Shown here one piece after another: positions 1 through 9,754 of a stretch of 40,632 nt of DNA. This DNA is from Rhodospirillales bacterium (lineage in GTDB: Bacteria; Pseudomonadota; Alphaproteobacteria; Rhodospirillales; 2-12-FULL-67-15). Every line of letters begins with the position of its first letter. Position 1 is the stretch's first letter. A program made the translations under genes and the position numbers. Below the pieces are notes generated by a model. The model had not been told where the DNA came from. It was given only the letters and a program-made list of their open reading frames with translations, and made no database searches. The DNA is taken from positions 1-40,632 of the forward strand of contig SHWG01000003.1 of NCBI GenBank assembly GCA_009693905.1, read 5' to 3'.

Positions 1-597
1 CGTTCCGCCAGCATTTCCGTCGCCGGCTCTCATGTCGAACTCAGATCGGTGATCGCCTTCCTCTATCGCGGCACGGATCAATTCGCGGGACGGATCGACG
101 CGGAAAGCGCCGTCCTCGGCGACGGATACTGGGACCTGCGCAACGTCTGGCTTCACCGCCCGGAGGAGACGACGGTGTTCGCCGCCACCCATCGTCTTCC
201 CACCGAACTGACGCTCACGCGCATTCAAGACAGTTTTTCCCCGCCCGAAACCATGTCGTTCTGGGACCTGCCCAATTTCATCGACTCGTTGCGCCTGGCG
301 GGCTTTTCGGCCCTGCGCCACCGTCTGTACCTGCACAGCCTTCTCGCCGCCCCGTTCCTGATGATGGCGATGGTGCTTCTGGCGGCGACTTTCACGCTTC
401 GCCACGTCCGCCACGGGGGAACGCCGGGCATCGTCGGCTTCGGTGTCATGACCGGGTTCCTGGTTTATTTCTTTTCCGACGTGTCCTTGGCGCTCGGTCT
501 TTCGAGCGGCATTCCCGTCGCGCTGGCCGCCTGGACCCCGGCCGGCATCGCCGGCCTGATCGGCATCGCGCTCCTGCTCCATCTGGAGGACGGGTAA
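1..597 (+). CDS. lptG: LPS export ABC transporter permease LptG (5' end outside window)
   Basis: Frame 1 is open from base 1. Motifs PETMSFWDLP, three C-terminal TM helices and the LLLHLEDG terminus typical of alphaproteobacterial LptG; lies directly upstream of lptD. Confidence 0.9.
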   Translation, partial: RSASISVAGSHVELRSVIAFLYRGTDQFAGRIDAESAVLGDGYWDLRNVWLHRPEETTVFAATHRLPTELTLTRIQDSFSPPETMSFWDLPNFIDSLRLAGFSALRHRLYLHSLLAAPFLMMAMVLLAATFTLRHVRHGGTPGIVGFGVMTGFLVYFFSDVSLALGLSSGIPVALAAWTPAGIAGLIGIALLLHLEDG

Positions 598-599
598 GC

Positions 600-2816
600 A
601 TGCGCCCGGGCGCGAAGACGCAAAAACTCAAGGACCCGGCGGCATTATCCGCGCCCGGTCTTTTGTCTGGGCGGCTTGCGCCGCCGAGCCCGATCCGCTC
701 AAGCGCGGCTATTTTACTCGTCGCGCTCGTGCTGACCGCCGTCCCCGCGGCGGGCCAGGTCCGCCCGGACGGCGCCCCGCCGGTGAACCTGACCGCCGAC
801 GAAGTCGTTCACAATCGCGATCTCGGGGTCGTGACCGCCAGCGGCAACGTCGAGATCATTCAAGGTCCGCGTTCACTCTATGCCGATTCCATCACTTACA
901 ACGAACGCCAGGACCAGATCAGCGCCAGCGGCAATGTCCGCCTGCACGAACCCAACGGCGACGTCATTTTCGCCGACTACGTGGATCTGAGCGGCGACAT
1001 GCGCGAAGGCACGCTGAAGAGTCTGCGCCTGCTGCTGACCGACCGCTCCCGCATCGTCGCCTCCGAGGGGCGGCGATCGGACGGAACGCGCCTCGATCTC
1101 GATCGGGCGGTTTACAGTCCCTGCGAGTCGTGCAAGACGAATCCGTCGCGGCCGCTGCTGTGGCAAGTTAAAGCCGTGCGTGTGATCCACGACTCCGATC
1201 GCCAAACGGTCGAATACAAAGATGCCTGGTTAGAGATGTTCGGGGTTCCGGTCGCCTACACGCCCTACTTCTCCCACCCCGATCCGACGGTTAAACGCCG
1301 CACCGGATTCCTCCCGCCCAGCATCGGCAGTTCCAATTATTTCGGCTCCACGCTTCAGACCCCGTACTTCTGGGACATCGCCCCCAATCACGATCTGACC
1401 TTCACCCCGCTGCTCACGAGCCTCCAGGGCGTCGGCCTCGGCGCCGAGCATCGCTTTATCGGCCAGAAAAGCGAGATCAAGGGCAAATTCAGCGGCGCGG
1501 TCAACGACAACGGCGAATTGCGCGGCCATGTCGACATGAAAAGTCGATTCAACCTGAACGACACCTGGCGCTGGGGCGTCGATGCCCAGCGTTCGACCGA
1601 CGATACCTACACCCGCCAATACCGCTACAACACCCCACCGACGCTGACCTCGCGGCTTTACACCGAAGGATTCCGGGGCCGCAACTACATGGCCGCCAAC
1701 GGCTACGCCTTCCAGGGATTGCGGGATACCGACAAGCCGGGCCAAGCGCCGCTGATTCTGCCCTCCTTGGACTACTCCCACGTCGGCGAACCGCGCGCCG
1801 GCGGGGGCCGCACGCGCATGGACGCGAACCTGCTCGCCTTCACCCGCGATCAAGGAACCGACGTGAGGCGCCTGTCCGTCGCGCCCGGCTGGGATCTCCC
1901 GTACGTCGGGCCGGCCGGCGACGTTTACAAACTCTCGGCCACGCTCAGGGGCGACCTCTATCATGTGGACGATCATGTCATTTCGGGCCGGCGCGCCCCC
2001 TACTCCGGGACCGCCGGGCGCGTCTATCCCGAAGCCGCTCTCGAATGGCGCTATCCCTTCGTCCGCCGCCACGAGGGCGTGAGCGAGTTGTTCGAACCCA
2101 TCACCTCGCTCGTGGTCAGTCCCTACGGAGGCAACCTCGTCAAGATTCCCAACGAGGACAGCCGCGAAGTCGAATTCGACGAGACCAACCTGTTCACCGG
2201 GCGGAGATTCGCGGGCATCGACCGGGTCGAGACCGGCCCCCGTTTCAATTACGGACTGCGCTGGAGTGTGTTCGGCGATCAAGGCGGCAGCACTTCGGTT
2301 TTATTCGGCCAGTCGGTGCGCGCCCGCGACGACAGCACCTTCGCCCGGGGCACCGGGCTGGAGGACCATTTTTCCGATTTCGTCGGCCGAGTTAACATTC
2401 GCCCCATGAAGAATTTGAGCCTCGATTACCGCACCCGGCTCGACAAAGACAATTTCCAGCCTCTGCGCAACGAGGTCAGCGCCACTGTCGGTCCCAAGGC
2501 GCTTACGGTCGGATTTAACTACCTGTTCTCCGAAAAAGTCTCCGACAGCAGCATTCCGACCTTGGAGCAGCTTTCGCTCAACGCAGCTTCGCAACTCTCG
2601 CGCAACTGGCGCGTCAGTTTTGCCTCGCTTCAGGACATCGAAGCGAACGCTCTCAGGGCTCTTTTGCTGAATGCGACGTACGAAGACGAATGTTTCATTA
2701 TAGCCGCCGACGTGCGCCGGTCGTTTTTCTATGACCGCGGTCTGAAAACCGACGATTCGATCATTTTGCGCCTGACCTTCAAGACCCTCGGCGAGATAGG
2801 CTCCTCGATGTTCTAG
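600..2816 (+). CDS. lptD: LPS assembly outer-membrane protein LptD (start uncertain)
   Basis: OstA-like N-terminal domain (ASGNVEI, YSPC), PYFSHPDPTVKRRTGFL, beta-barrel body, YEDECF and FKTLG near the C-terminus; lptG-lptD-surA-pdxA-rsmA synteny. Confidence 0.95.
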   Translation: MRPGAKTQKLKDPAALSAPGLLSGRLAPPSPIRSSAAILLVALVLTAVPAAGQVRPDGAPPVNLTADEVVHNRDLGVVTASGNVEIIQGPRSLYADSITYNERQDQISASGNVRLHEPNGDVIFADYVDLSGDMREGTLKSLRLLLTDRSRIVASEGRRSDGTRLDLDRAVYSPCESCKTNPSRPLLWQVKAVRVIHDSDRQTVEYKDAWLEMFGVPVAYTPYFSHPDPTVKRRTGFLPPSIGSSNYFGSTLQTPYFWDIAPNHDLTFTPLLTSLQGVGLGAEHRFIGQKSEIKGKFSGAVNDNGELRGHVDMKSRFNLNDTWRWGVDAQRSTDDTYTRQYRYNTPPTLTSRLYTEGFRGRNYMAANGYAFQGLRDTDKPGQAPLILPSLDYSHVGEPRAGGGRTRMDANLLAFTRDQGTDVRRLSVAPGWDLPYVGPAGDVYKLSATLRGDLYHVDDHVISGRRAPYSGTAGRVYPEAALEWRYPFVRRHEGVSELFEPITSLVVSPYGGNLVKIPNEDSREVEFDETNLFTGRRFAGIDRVETGPRFNYGLRWSVFGDQGGSTSVLFGQSVRARDDSTFARGTGLEDHFSDFVGRVNIRPMKNLSLDYRTRLDKDNFQPLRNEVSATVGPKALTVGFNYLFSEKVSDSSIPTLEQLSLNAASQLSRNWRVSFASLQDIEANALRALLLNATYEDECFIIAADVRRSFFYDRGLKTDDSIILRLTFKTLGEIGSSMF

Positions 2817-2872
2817 CAAGCCGCCGTGGAAGGGGTGGCGGAGGGGGCGGCGCGGGGTTATCATTTCCGCCC

Positions 2873-4174
2873 ATGAATCCATCGCCCTTTTCCGCCGTGT
2901 TTCTGATCGCGGCCGGCTTGGCGCTGGCGCCCGGGCCGGCCTTGGCGCAGCAAGGCACGCCCGCGCCGAGCCTGGCGCGGACCACCGTCGAGGGCATCGC
3001 CGCCGTCGTCAACGACGAACCCATTTCGCATCTCGACCTCGATCACCGTCTGCGCTTCACGCTGCTGACCGCCGGACTTCCCGACACCGCCGAGACACGC
3101 CGGCGCCTGATTCCCGACGCGATCCAGGGCCTGATCGACGAGCGTCTCAAGACCCAGGAGGCCAAGCGCCTCGGCATCAAGACCGAAAAAGCGGAAACCG
3201 AAAGAATCCTCGGCCGCATGGAATCCCAGGGCGGAATGCCGCCGGGGGGAATGAAGTCGTACCTGGAAAACATTGGAATCAGGCTCGGCACGCTCACCGA
3301 GCGGATCGAGGCCGATATTTTCTGGCGCCAGATCGTCACCCGGCGCTACCGTCGCGGCATCCAGATCAGCGACGAGGAGGTGGACGAACACCTCGTCCGC
3401 ATTCGCGCCAATGCCGGCAAGCCGCAGAGTCTTGCCGCCGAGATCTTCATCGCCGTCGAAGATCCGGCCAAGGAACGCGAAGCGGCCGCGCTCGCCGCCC
3501 GCCTGGTCGAGCAGATCCGCGGGGGCGTGCCGTTCCGCGCCATCGCCCAAAACTTTTCCCACAGCCCCTCGGCGGCCCAAGGCGGCGACCTCGGCTGGAT
3601 GCCCGCGGGGCAGATGGAGTCCGCGGTCGACCAGGCGCTCGCCGTCCTCCAGCCCGGCCAGATCTCGTCGCCGGTGCGCGGCGAGAGCGGTTATTTCGTC
3701 CTGCTCTTGCGCGAACGCCGCGCCGGTTCGGCCATGGCCGAATCGGAACCGGTGCTCACCTTGCATCAAGTTATGGTCCCAATCCCGCCCAACCCGACGC
3801 CGGCGCAAATCCGGGTCCAGCTCGCCCAGGCGGAGTCTCTCGTCGGCAACGCCCAATCCTGCGCCGACATGGAACAGGCGGCCAAGGCATCCGGCGCGCC
3901 CATGTCGGGAAGCCTCGGCACGGTTAAGTTGAGTTCCCTGCCGCCGGAAACGCGCGCGCTGGTGGAGAACCTTCCTGTCAACACGCCGAGCCAGGCGCTC
4001 CAGGCCAAGGACGCCTTCATCGTCATGATGGTCTGCAAGCGCGAGATGACCACCGCCGATTCCGAGCAACGCCAGCGCGTGCTCAATATGCTGGTCGACG
4101 AGCGCTTGCAGCTCGGCGCCCGCCAGTACCTGCGCGATCTTCGCCGCACGGCCTTCGTGGATGTCCGTGTCTAA
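2873..4174 (+). CDS. surA: SurA peptidyl-prolyl isomerase/chaperone
   Basis: Signal peptide, IAAVVNDEPIS, LIDERLK, parvulin motif AQGGDLGW, C-terminal [14 protein letters not shown]. Confidence 0.92.
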   Translation: MNPSPFSAVFLIAAGLALAPGPALAQQGTPAPSLARTTVEGIAAVVNDEPISHLDLDHRLRFTLLTAGLPDTAETRRRLIPDAIQGLIDERLKTQEAKRLGIKTEKAETERILGRMESQGGMPPGGMKSYLENIGIRLGTLTERIEADIFWRQIVTRRYRRGIQISDEEVDEHLVRIRANAGKPQSLAAEIFIAVEDPAKEREAAALAARLVEQIRGGVPFRAIAQNFSHSPSAAQGGDLGWMPAGQMESAVDQALAVLQPGQISSPVRGESGYFVLLLRERRAGSAMAESEPVLTLHQVMVPIPPNPTPAQIRVQLAQAESLVGNAQSCADMEQAAKASGAPMSGSLGTVKLSSLPPETRALVENLPVNTPSQALQAKDAFIVMMVCKREMTTADSEQRQRVLNMLVDERLQLGARQYLRDLRRTAFVDVRV

Positions 4175-5267
4175 GAATCCGCCCACGCCCGAGTCCGGAT
4201 CCGATCCGGCGTCCGCGGGCTCGGGCCCGCTCGCGCTCACCATGGGCGAGCCCGCCGGCATCGGCGGCGAAATCGCGCTCAAAGCCTGGTTCGCGCGCGA
4301 GCGGGATCGCCTGCCGCCGTTCTTTCTGATCGACGACCCGGAACGGATGCAGGCGCTCGCCCGCCGCCTCGCGCTGGCGGTGCCGGTCAAGGCCATTACC
4401 GGGCCCGAAGACGCGCGGACCGTATTCCGCTCCGCCCTGCCCGTGCTGCCCGAGACACTCCCCAAGGCGGTCGAACCCGGCCACCCCGATGCCGCTAACG
4501 GCGTGGCGGTGCGCCGCTCGATCGAGCGCGCGGTCGAGTTGGTGCGGGCGGGACGGGCATCCGCCCTGGTCACCAACCCGATCCACAAGGCTTCGCTTTA
4601 TAAAGGGGGATTCCCATACGCCGGGCACACGGAGTTCCTGGCGGCGCTGGCCGAGGTCGCGACGCCGCCGGTGATGATGCTCGCCTGCGATGCGCTTCGC
4701 GTCGTGCCGGTGACGATCCACGTCAGTCTGGTCGAATCGATCCGCGCCCTGACCACCGCCGCGATCGTCACCAAGGCCGCGATCACGGCCAAGGCGCTCG
4801 CCCGGGATTTCGGCATCCGCGCGCCGAGGCTCGCGATCGCCGGCCTCAACCCCCACGCCGGCGAAGGGGGCGGCATGGGCAGCGAGGAAGAAACCGTCAT
4901 CCGTCCGGCGATCGAGCAGCTGCGGGCACGCGGGATCGAAGCGTCGGGCCCGTGGCCGCCGGACACCATGTTCGCGCCCGCCGCCCGCGCGACCTACGAC
5001 GTCGCCATCTGCATGTACCACGACCAGGCGCTGATCCCGATCAAGACCATCGCCTTCGACGAAGCGGTCAACTTGACCCTCGGATTGCCGTTCGTGCGCA
5101 CTTCGCCCGACCACGGCACCGCTTTCGACATCGCCGGCACCGGCGCGGCAAGACCGGCGAGCCTGATCGCGGCGATCCGCATGGCCGCGCGCATGGCGGC
5201 GATGCGCGCCCGGGTGGACATGGGCTCGGGCGCCGGCGCCGCCGCCTTCACCGGCGACGGCATATGA
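4161..5267 (+). CDS. pdxA: 4-hydroxythreonine-4-phosphate dehydrogenase
   Basis: [50 protein letters not shown] motifs. Confidence 0.97.
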   Translation: MSVSKNPPTPESGSDPASAGSGPLALTMGEPAGIGGEIALKAWFARERDRLPPFFLIDDPERMQALARRLALAVPVKAITGPEDARTVFRSALPVLPETLPKAVEPGHPDAANGVAVRRSIERAVELVRAGRASALVTNPIHKASLYKGGFPYAGHTEFLAALAEVATPPVMMLACDALRVVPVTIHVSLVESIRALTTAAIVTKAAITAKALARDFGIRAPRLAIAGLNPHAGEGGGMGSEEETVIRPAIEQLRARGIEASGPWPPDTMFAPAARATYDVAICMYHDQALIPIKTIAFDEAVNLTLGLPFVRTSPDHGTAFDIAGTGAARPASLIAAIRMAARMAAMRARVDMGSGAGAAAFTGDGI

Positions 5268-6088
5268 ACACGGACCCGGCGGGAATTCCTCCGCTCCGCG
5301 ACGTCATCCGCCGCTTCGAGCTTTTCCCCCGCCGCTCGCTCGGCCAGCATTTTCTCCTCGATCCCAACTTGACCGCGCGGATCGCCCGTGCCGCGGGCGA
5401 TCTCAAGGACTCGAACGTGATCGAGGTCGGCCCCGGCCCGGGCGGGTTGACCCGGGCGCTACTTGCCGCCGGCGCCCGGGTGACGGCGGTGGAGAAGGAT
5501 TCCCGCTGTGTCGCGGCGCTCAGGGAACTGGAAGGCGCGTATCCGGGAAGATTGCGGGTGATCGAGATGGACGCGTTGGCGGCGGATGCGCGGGCGCTCG
5601 TCCCCGCCCCCCGGCGCATCGTCGCCAATCTGCCCTACAACATTGCGGCGCCGCTGCTGATCGGCTGGCTCAAGCAAATTCGCGAAGACAGCCATGCCTT
5701 CGCGCGCTTGACGCTGATGTTTCAAAAAGAAGTCGCCGAACGGCTGTTCACCCCGCCCGGCTCGAAGGTCTACGGCCGGCTATCGGTAATGACCCAATGG
5801 CTCTGCGACGGGTTTTGCGAATTCGACGTTTCGCCCAAGGCCTTCGTCCCGCCGCCCAAGGTCACTTCGGCGGTCGTGACGTTGATCCCGCGCGCCATGC
5901 CGCTCGGCGGCGATGCGGTTGCCTGGCCGGCGATGGAACGCACCGTCGCCGCCGCCTTCGGCCAGCGGCGCAAGATGTTGCGCCAGTCCTTGAAACGGAT
6001 TGGCCTCGACCCCGAGCCCCGCGGCATCGAAGGCACCCGGCGGGCGGAGACCCTTTCGGTCGAGGAGTTCGTGGCGCTGGCGAAGTAA
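5264..6088 (+). CDS. rsmA: 16S rRNA dimethyladenosine transferase RsmA/KsgA
   Basis: [42 protein letters not shown] at 5264 overlaps the pdxA stop (ATGA); the ORF-track start at 4952 is too early. Confidence 0.96.
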   Translation: MNTDPAGIPPLRDVIRRFELFPRRSLGQHFLLDPNLTARIARAAGDLKDSNVIEVGPGPGGLTRALLAAGARVTAVEKDSRCVAALRELEGAYPGRLRVIEMDALAADARALVPAPRRIVANLPYNIAAPLLIGWLKQIREDSHAFARLTLMFQKEVAERLFTPPGSKVYGRLSVMTQWLCDGFCEFDVSPKAFVPPPKVTSAVVTLIPRAMPLGGDAVAWPAMERTVAAAFGQRRKMLRQSLKRIGLDPEPRGIEGTRRAETLSVEEFVALAK

Positions 6089-6162
6089 CGCGCGCTCATC
6101 GCCCCAGGCGGCGAACGCCGCCAAAACAAAAGACCTGGCGCGAATTCTATTTTCCGCCCGCC

Positions 6163-7248
6163 TTATCGGCGGGACCGCGCCAGGCGGCGAAGGACCGCTT
6201 GAGTTTCTTCGGCGAGCTTCACGGTCAATTCGCCGGCCGGCATTTCCCGCCCGAGCGCCGCGGCCTGCCCCGACCACAGCGGCGAGAAGTCGCCCGAGCC
6301 CCGCTCTTCCGCTTTCGCCCGCAACGGTGCCAGCGCGCCCGCGGCGAGCGGAAATTCCGGCGCGATATCGGAAAGCGGCCCCACCTCGCGCATGACGCGA
6401 TTCAATAAACCCCGCGCCGGGCGGCCGGTCATCAAATTGGTGAGTCGGGTCGAGTCGTCGCGCGCAACTTTCAGCGCCGCCCGGAAGGGCGCGGAGACTT
6501 TCGTCTCCGGGCAGAACAGGTACGCGGTCCCGATCTGGGCGGCGGCCGCGCCCAGCGCCAGCGCGGCGGCAATCCCGCGCGCGTCGGCGATGGCGCCCGC
6601 CGCGATCACCGGGACCTTGACCGCGTCGGCGATCTGCGGCACCAGGGCGAAGGTGCCGACCTGGCCGGCGATGTCCTCGCTCAAGAACATGCCGCGATGG
6701 CCGCCGGCCTCGATCCCTTGGGCGACGATCGCATCGGCGCCGTGGGCCTCGAGCCAACGCGCTTCCGCAACCGTGGTCGCCGAACTCACGATCGCACAGC
6801 CCGCGCGCTTGACCCGTTCAACCAACTCGGGCGCGGGCAGGCCGAAATGAAAACTCGCGACCCGGGGCCGCAATGCCTCCACCAACGCGCACAACGCCGC
6901 ATCGAACGGCATCCGTATGCTCGACGGGACCGGTGCGGCGGGATCGAGGCCGTATTCCCGGTAATAGGGCGCGAGCCGGTCGCGCCACGCCGCCTCGCGG
7001 GCGTTGTTCAACTCGGGCGGCGTGTGACAGAAGAAATTGAGGTTGAAGGGTTTTTGCGTGCGGCGGCGGATTTTTTCGACCTCGGCGCGGATTTGCTCCG
7101 CGTTGAACATCGCGCACGGCAGCGAGCCGAGGCCACCCGCCGCCGAGACCTCCGCCGCCAACGCGCCGTCCATGGCGCCGGCCATCGGCGCCTGAACGAG
7201 CGGAAACTCGATCCCGAAAAGTTCGATCAGTCGCCGGTCGGGCCACAT
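6163..7248 (-). CDS. Nitronate monooxygenase (2-nitropropane dioxygenase) family flavoprotein
   Basis: PLVQAPMAG, FNLNFFCH, SFHFGLP, QGIEAGGHRG, TGRPARG, LWSGQ motifs. Confidence 0.92.
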   Translation of the reverse strand: MWPDRRLIELFGIEFPLVQAPMAGAMDGALAAEVSAAGGLGSLPCAMFNAEQIRAEVEKIRRRTQKPFNLNFFCHTPPELNNAREAAWRDRLAPYYREYGLDPAAPVPSSIRMPFDAALCALVEALRPRVASFHFGLPAPELVERVKRAGCAIVSSATTVAEARWLEAHGADAIVAQGIEAGGHRGMFLSEDIAGQVGTFALVPQIADAVKVPVIAAGAIADARGIAAALALGAAAAQIGTAYLFCPETKVSAPFRAALKVARDDSTRLTNLMTGRPARGLLNRVMREVGPLSDIAPEFPLAAGALAPLRAKAEERGSGDFSPLWSGQAAALGREMPAGELTVKLAEETQAVLRRLARSRR

Positions 7249-7261
7249 GGCGGGAGTTTTC

Positions 7262-7897
7262 TTACTTTTCCTCGCACATCTTCGCGACGAACTCGGCCAA
7301 TCCCGACTGGCGGTCGCGCCGGAGGCGCTCGGCGGCGAGGATCGCTCTCACCCGGGCGATCGAGCTTTCGACGTCGACGTTGACGACGATGTAGTCGTAT
7401 TCGGCCCAATGGCTCATTTCGGCCGCGGCGCGGGCCATGCGGCTCCGCACCACCTCGGGCGGATCCTGGGCGCGGGTGCGGAGGCGCTGCTCCAATTCCG
7501 CCAGCGAAGGCGGCAGGATGAACACGCTGGCGAGATCGGCGCGCGCCGATTCCTTCAGCTTCTGGGTGCCCTGCCAATCGACGTCGAAAAGCACGTCATG
7601 GCCGGATTTCAGGGCCGCCTCCACCGGCGCGCGCGGCGTGCCGTAGAAATTGTCGAAGACCCGGGCGTGTTCCAGGAATTCGCCTTTTTCCGCCATCGTT
7701 TCGAATTCCGCGACGCTCTTGAAAAAATAATCCCGGCCGTCCACCTCGCCCGGACGCGCCGGGCGGGTGGTGGCGGAAGTCGACATGACCAGGCCGGACT
7801 CGCGCCGCAAAAGCTCGCGCGAGATCGTCGTCTTGCCCGCGCCCGAGGGCGAGGACAGAACCAGCATCAGGCCACGGCGATTGATTCCATGCTGCAT
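7262..7897 (-). CDS. gmk: Guanylate kinase
   Basis: RRGLMLVLSSPSGAGKTT, TTRPARPGEVDGRDYFF, DVDWQG, SHWAEYDY. Confidence 0.98.
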   Translation of the reverse strand: MQHGINRRGLMLVLSSPSGAGKTTISRELLRRESGLVMSTSATTRPARPGEVDGRDYFFKSVAEFETMAEKGEFLEHARVFDNFYGTPRAPVEAALKSGHDVLFDVDWQGTQKLKESARADLASVFILPPSLAELEQRLRTRAQDPPEVVRSRMARAAAEMSHWAEYDYIVVNVDVESSIARVRAILAAERLRRDRQSGLAEFVAKMCEEK

Positions 7898-8004
7898 TTT
7901 TTCACCTTAAGTCATTCGGCGCATACGCGCCGCCGGCCCCTTGGGTCGGCCGGATTCCCAGATTTTTGAAGTAATTTTTCTTATGGGAATTCGGTATCGT
8001 TTGA

Positions 8005-8895
8005 TCATTCGATGTTCTGCACTTGTTCGCGGAACTGCTCGATCGTGGCCTTGAGATCGAGCCCGATCCGGGTCAGCTCCACGTTCTCGGACTTGGAGCA
8101 GAGCGTGTTGGCCTCGCGGTTGAATTCCTGGCAGAGGAAATCGAGCCGCCGTCCGATGCCCGCGCCGTCGGCCAGCAACTCGCGCGCCTGGCCGACGTGG
8201 GCCTTGAGGCGGTCCAGCTCTTCGCGCAAGTCGGACTTGGCGGCAAGCAACGCCACTTCCAGCGCGAGCCGCTCGGAGGGCATGGCGGGCGAGGCTTCGA
8301 GCAAGGCGGCGACGTTCTTCTGGAGGCGTTCCCGGATCGCTTGGGGTTGAAGCGCCGCCAGTTTTTCCGCCGCCCCGGTCAACGCCTCGATTTCGTCGAG
8401 CCGCCCGCCGAGCGCCTGGCCAAGCTTGTTGCCTTCGCCCGCGCGCGCGAGCACGAGGCGCACCAGCGCCTGGTCGAGGTCCTTGAGGATCGCGGTTTCG
8501 CGCCGCTCGCGTTCTTCGGCGCTCGGCTCGTGCTCGGCGGGTTCGATCACGCCCCGCAACCCGAGCAGCCCGTCCACCGACGGCGGCCGGGCCGACGGCA
8601 GGCGGTGGGAAAGTTCGGTCGCGAGGTGAATCGCCTGTTCCAGCACCTCGCGGTTGACGGCGATTCCGCCGCCCGCGCCGGTGCGCGCGAGGGCGAGCGT
8701 CGCCTGGATATTGCCGCGCTTCAAGTGCTTGGCGATCAGGTCCCGGGACGGCCCTTCGATCTTCTCGAAGCCCAAAGGCAGGCGCAGCCGGGAATCGAGG
8801 CCGCGGCCGTTGACGCTGCGGATTTCCCACGTCCAGGCGGTTTGATCGTCCTTACCGTCGGCGCGCGCGAACCCGGTCATGGAATAAAGCGTCAA
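8005..8895 (-). CDS. yicC: YicC/YloC family endoribonuclease
   Basis: SMTGFAR, WEIRSVNGRGLD, GRRLDFLCQEFNREANTLCSK, EQFREQVQNIE. Likely TTG start at 8895 with GGGAG upstream; the ORF-track extension to 9396 is a shadow. Confidence 0.93.
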   Translation of the reverse strand: MTLYSMTGFARADGKDDQTAWTWEIRSVNGRGLDSRLRLPLGFEKIEGPSRDLIAKHLKRGNIQATLALARTGAGGGIAVNREVLEQAIHLATELSHRLPSARPPSVDGLLGLRGVIEPAEHEPSAEERERRETAILKDLDQALVRLVLARAGEGNKLGQALGGRLDEIEALTGAAEKLAALQPQAIRERLQKNVAALLEASPAMPSERLALEVALLAAKSDLREELDRLKAHVGQARELLADGAGIGRRLDFLCQEFNREANTLCSKSENVELTRIGLDLKATIEQFREQVQNIE

Positions 8896-8977
8896 GAAAA
8901 TCTCCCGGTCTCGGCCAATGGAGGCGTTTATACCCCGCCCCGCGCCGTCCCGCCAATCTGGTATCCTGGCGCCCGCC

Positions 8978-9754
8978 ATGCCGCTCCGCCCGCAACCATC
9001 GTCGATCCTGATCACCGGCGCCTCCAGCGGGCTTGGCCGGGCGTTGGCGGTTTGGTACGCCCGTCCCAGCGCGCGGCTCTGTCTCTCCGGGCGCGATTCG
9101 GCCAGGCTCGCCGAGACGCACGCCGCGTGCGTGAGCCGCGGCGCGAACGTCGAGGTTTCGACGGTGGACGTTACCGATCGGGCGGCAATGAGCGCCTGGA
9201 TCGCCGGCGCCGACGCCGCGGGCCCGCTCGATCTCGTGATCGCCAACGCCGGAATTTCCGGCGGCACCGGCGGGCAGGGCGAAGACGAAACCCAGACCCG
9301 GGCCATTTTCGAGGTGAATTTCACCGGCGTCGTCAACACCGTCTGGCCCGCGATCCGGGCGATGCGCCCGCGGCGCCGGGGCCAGATCGCGATCATCGCC
9401 TCGCTCGCGGGCTATCGGGGCTTGCCCGGCGCGCCCGCCTATGCGGCGAGCAAGGCTGCGGCGAAAACGTGGGGCGAAGGCTTGCGCGGTTGGCTGAAAC
9501 CGGACGGCATTTCGGTCAACGTCGTGTGCCCGGGGTTCGTGACGACGCGGATGACGGCGGCGAACCGATTCCCGATGCCGTTCCGGATGGACGCGGACAA
9601 GGCGGCCGGGATTATCGCAGCGGGCCTCGGGCGCGATAAGCCCCGGATCAGCTTTCCCTGGCCGCTCGCGTTCGCAACCTGGCTGTTCGCGGCGCTGCCG
9701 CCGGCGTGGACCGATCCGCTGCTCGCCCGGATGCCGAGGAAGGGCAATGCGTAA
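8978..9754 (+). CDS. Short-chain dehydrogenase/reductase
   Basis: ILITGASSGLG, IANAG, YAASKAA catalytic motif, PGFVTTRMT. Confidence 0.92.
   Translation: MPLRPQPSSILITGASSGLGRALAVWYARPSARLCLSGRDSARLAETHAACVSRGANVEVSTVDVTDRAAMSAWIAGADAAGPLDLVIANAGISGGTGGQGEDETQTRAIFEVNFTGVVNTVWPAIRAMRPRRRGQIAIIASLAGYRGLPGAPAYAASKAAAKTWGEGLRGWLKPDGISVNVVCPGFVTTRMTAANRFPMPFRMDADKAAGIIAAGLGRDKPRISFPWPLAFATWLFAALPPAWTDPLLARMPRKGNA

Noticed and set aside
6107-6131. Intrinsic terminator between rsmA and the nitronate monooxygenase gene
   Set aside because: The GGCGGC/GCCGCC stem exists, but the A-tract is on the wrong side to give a U-tail on either strand.
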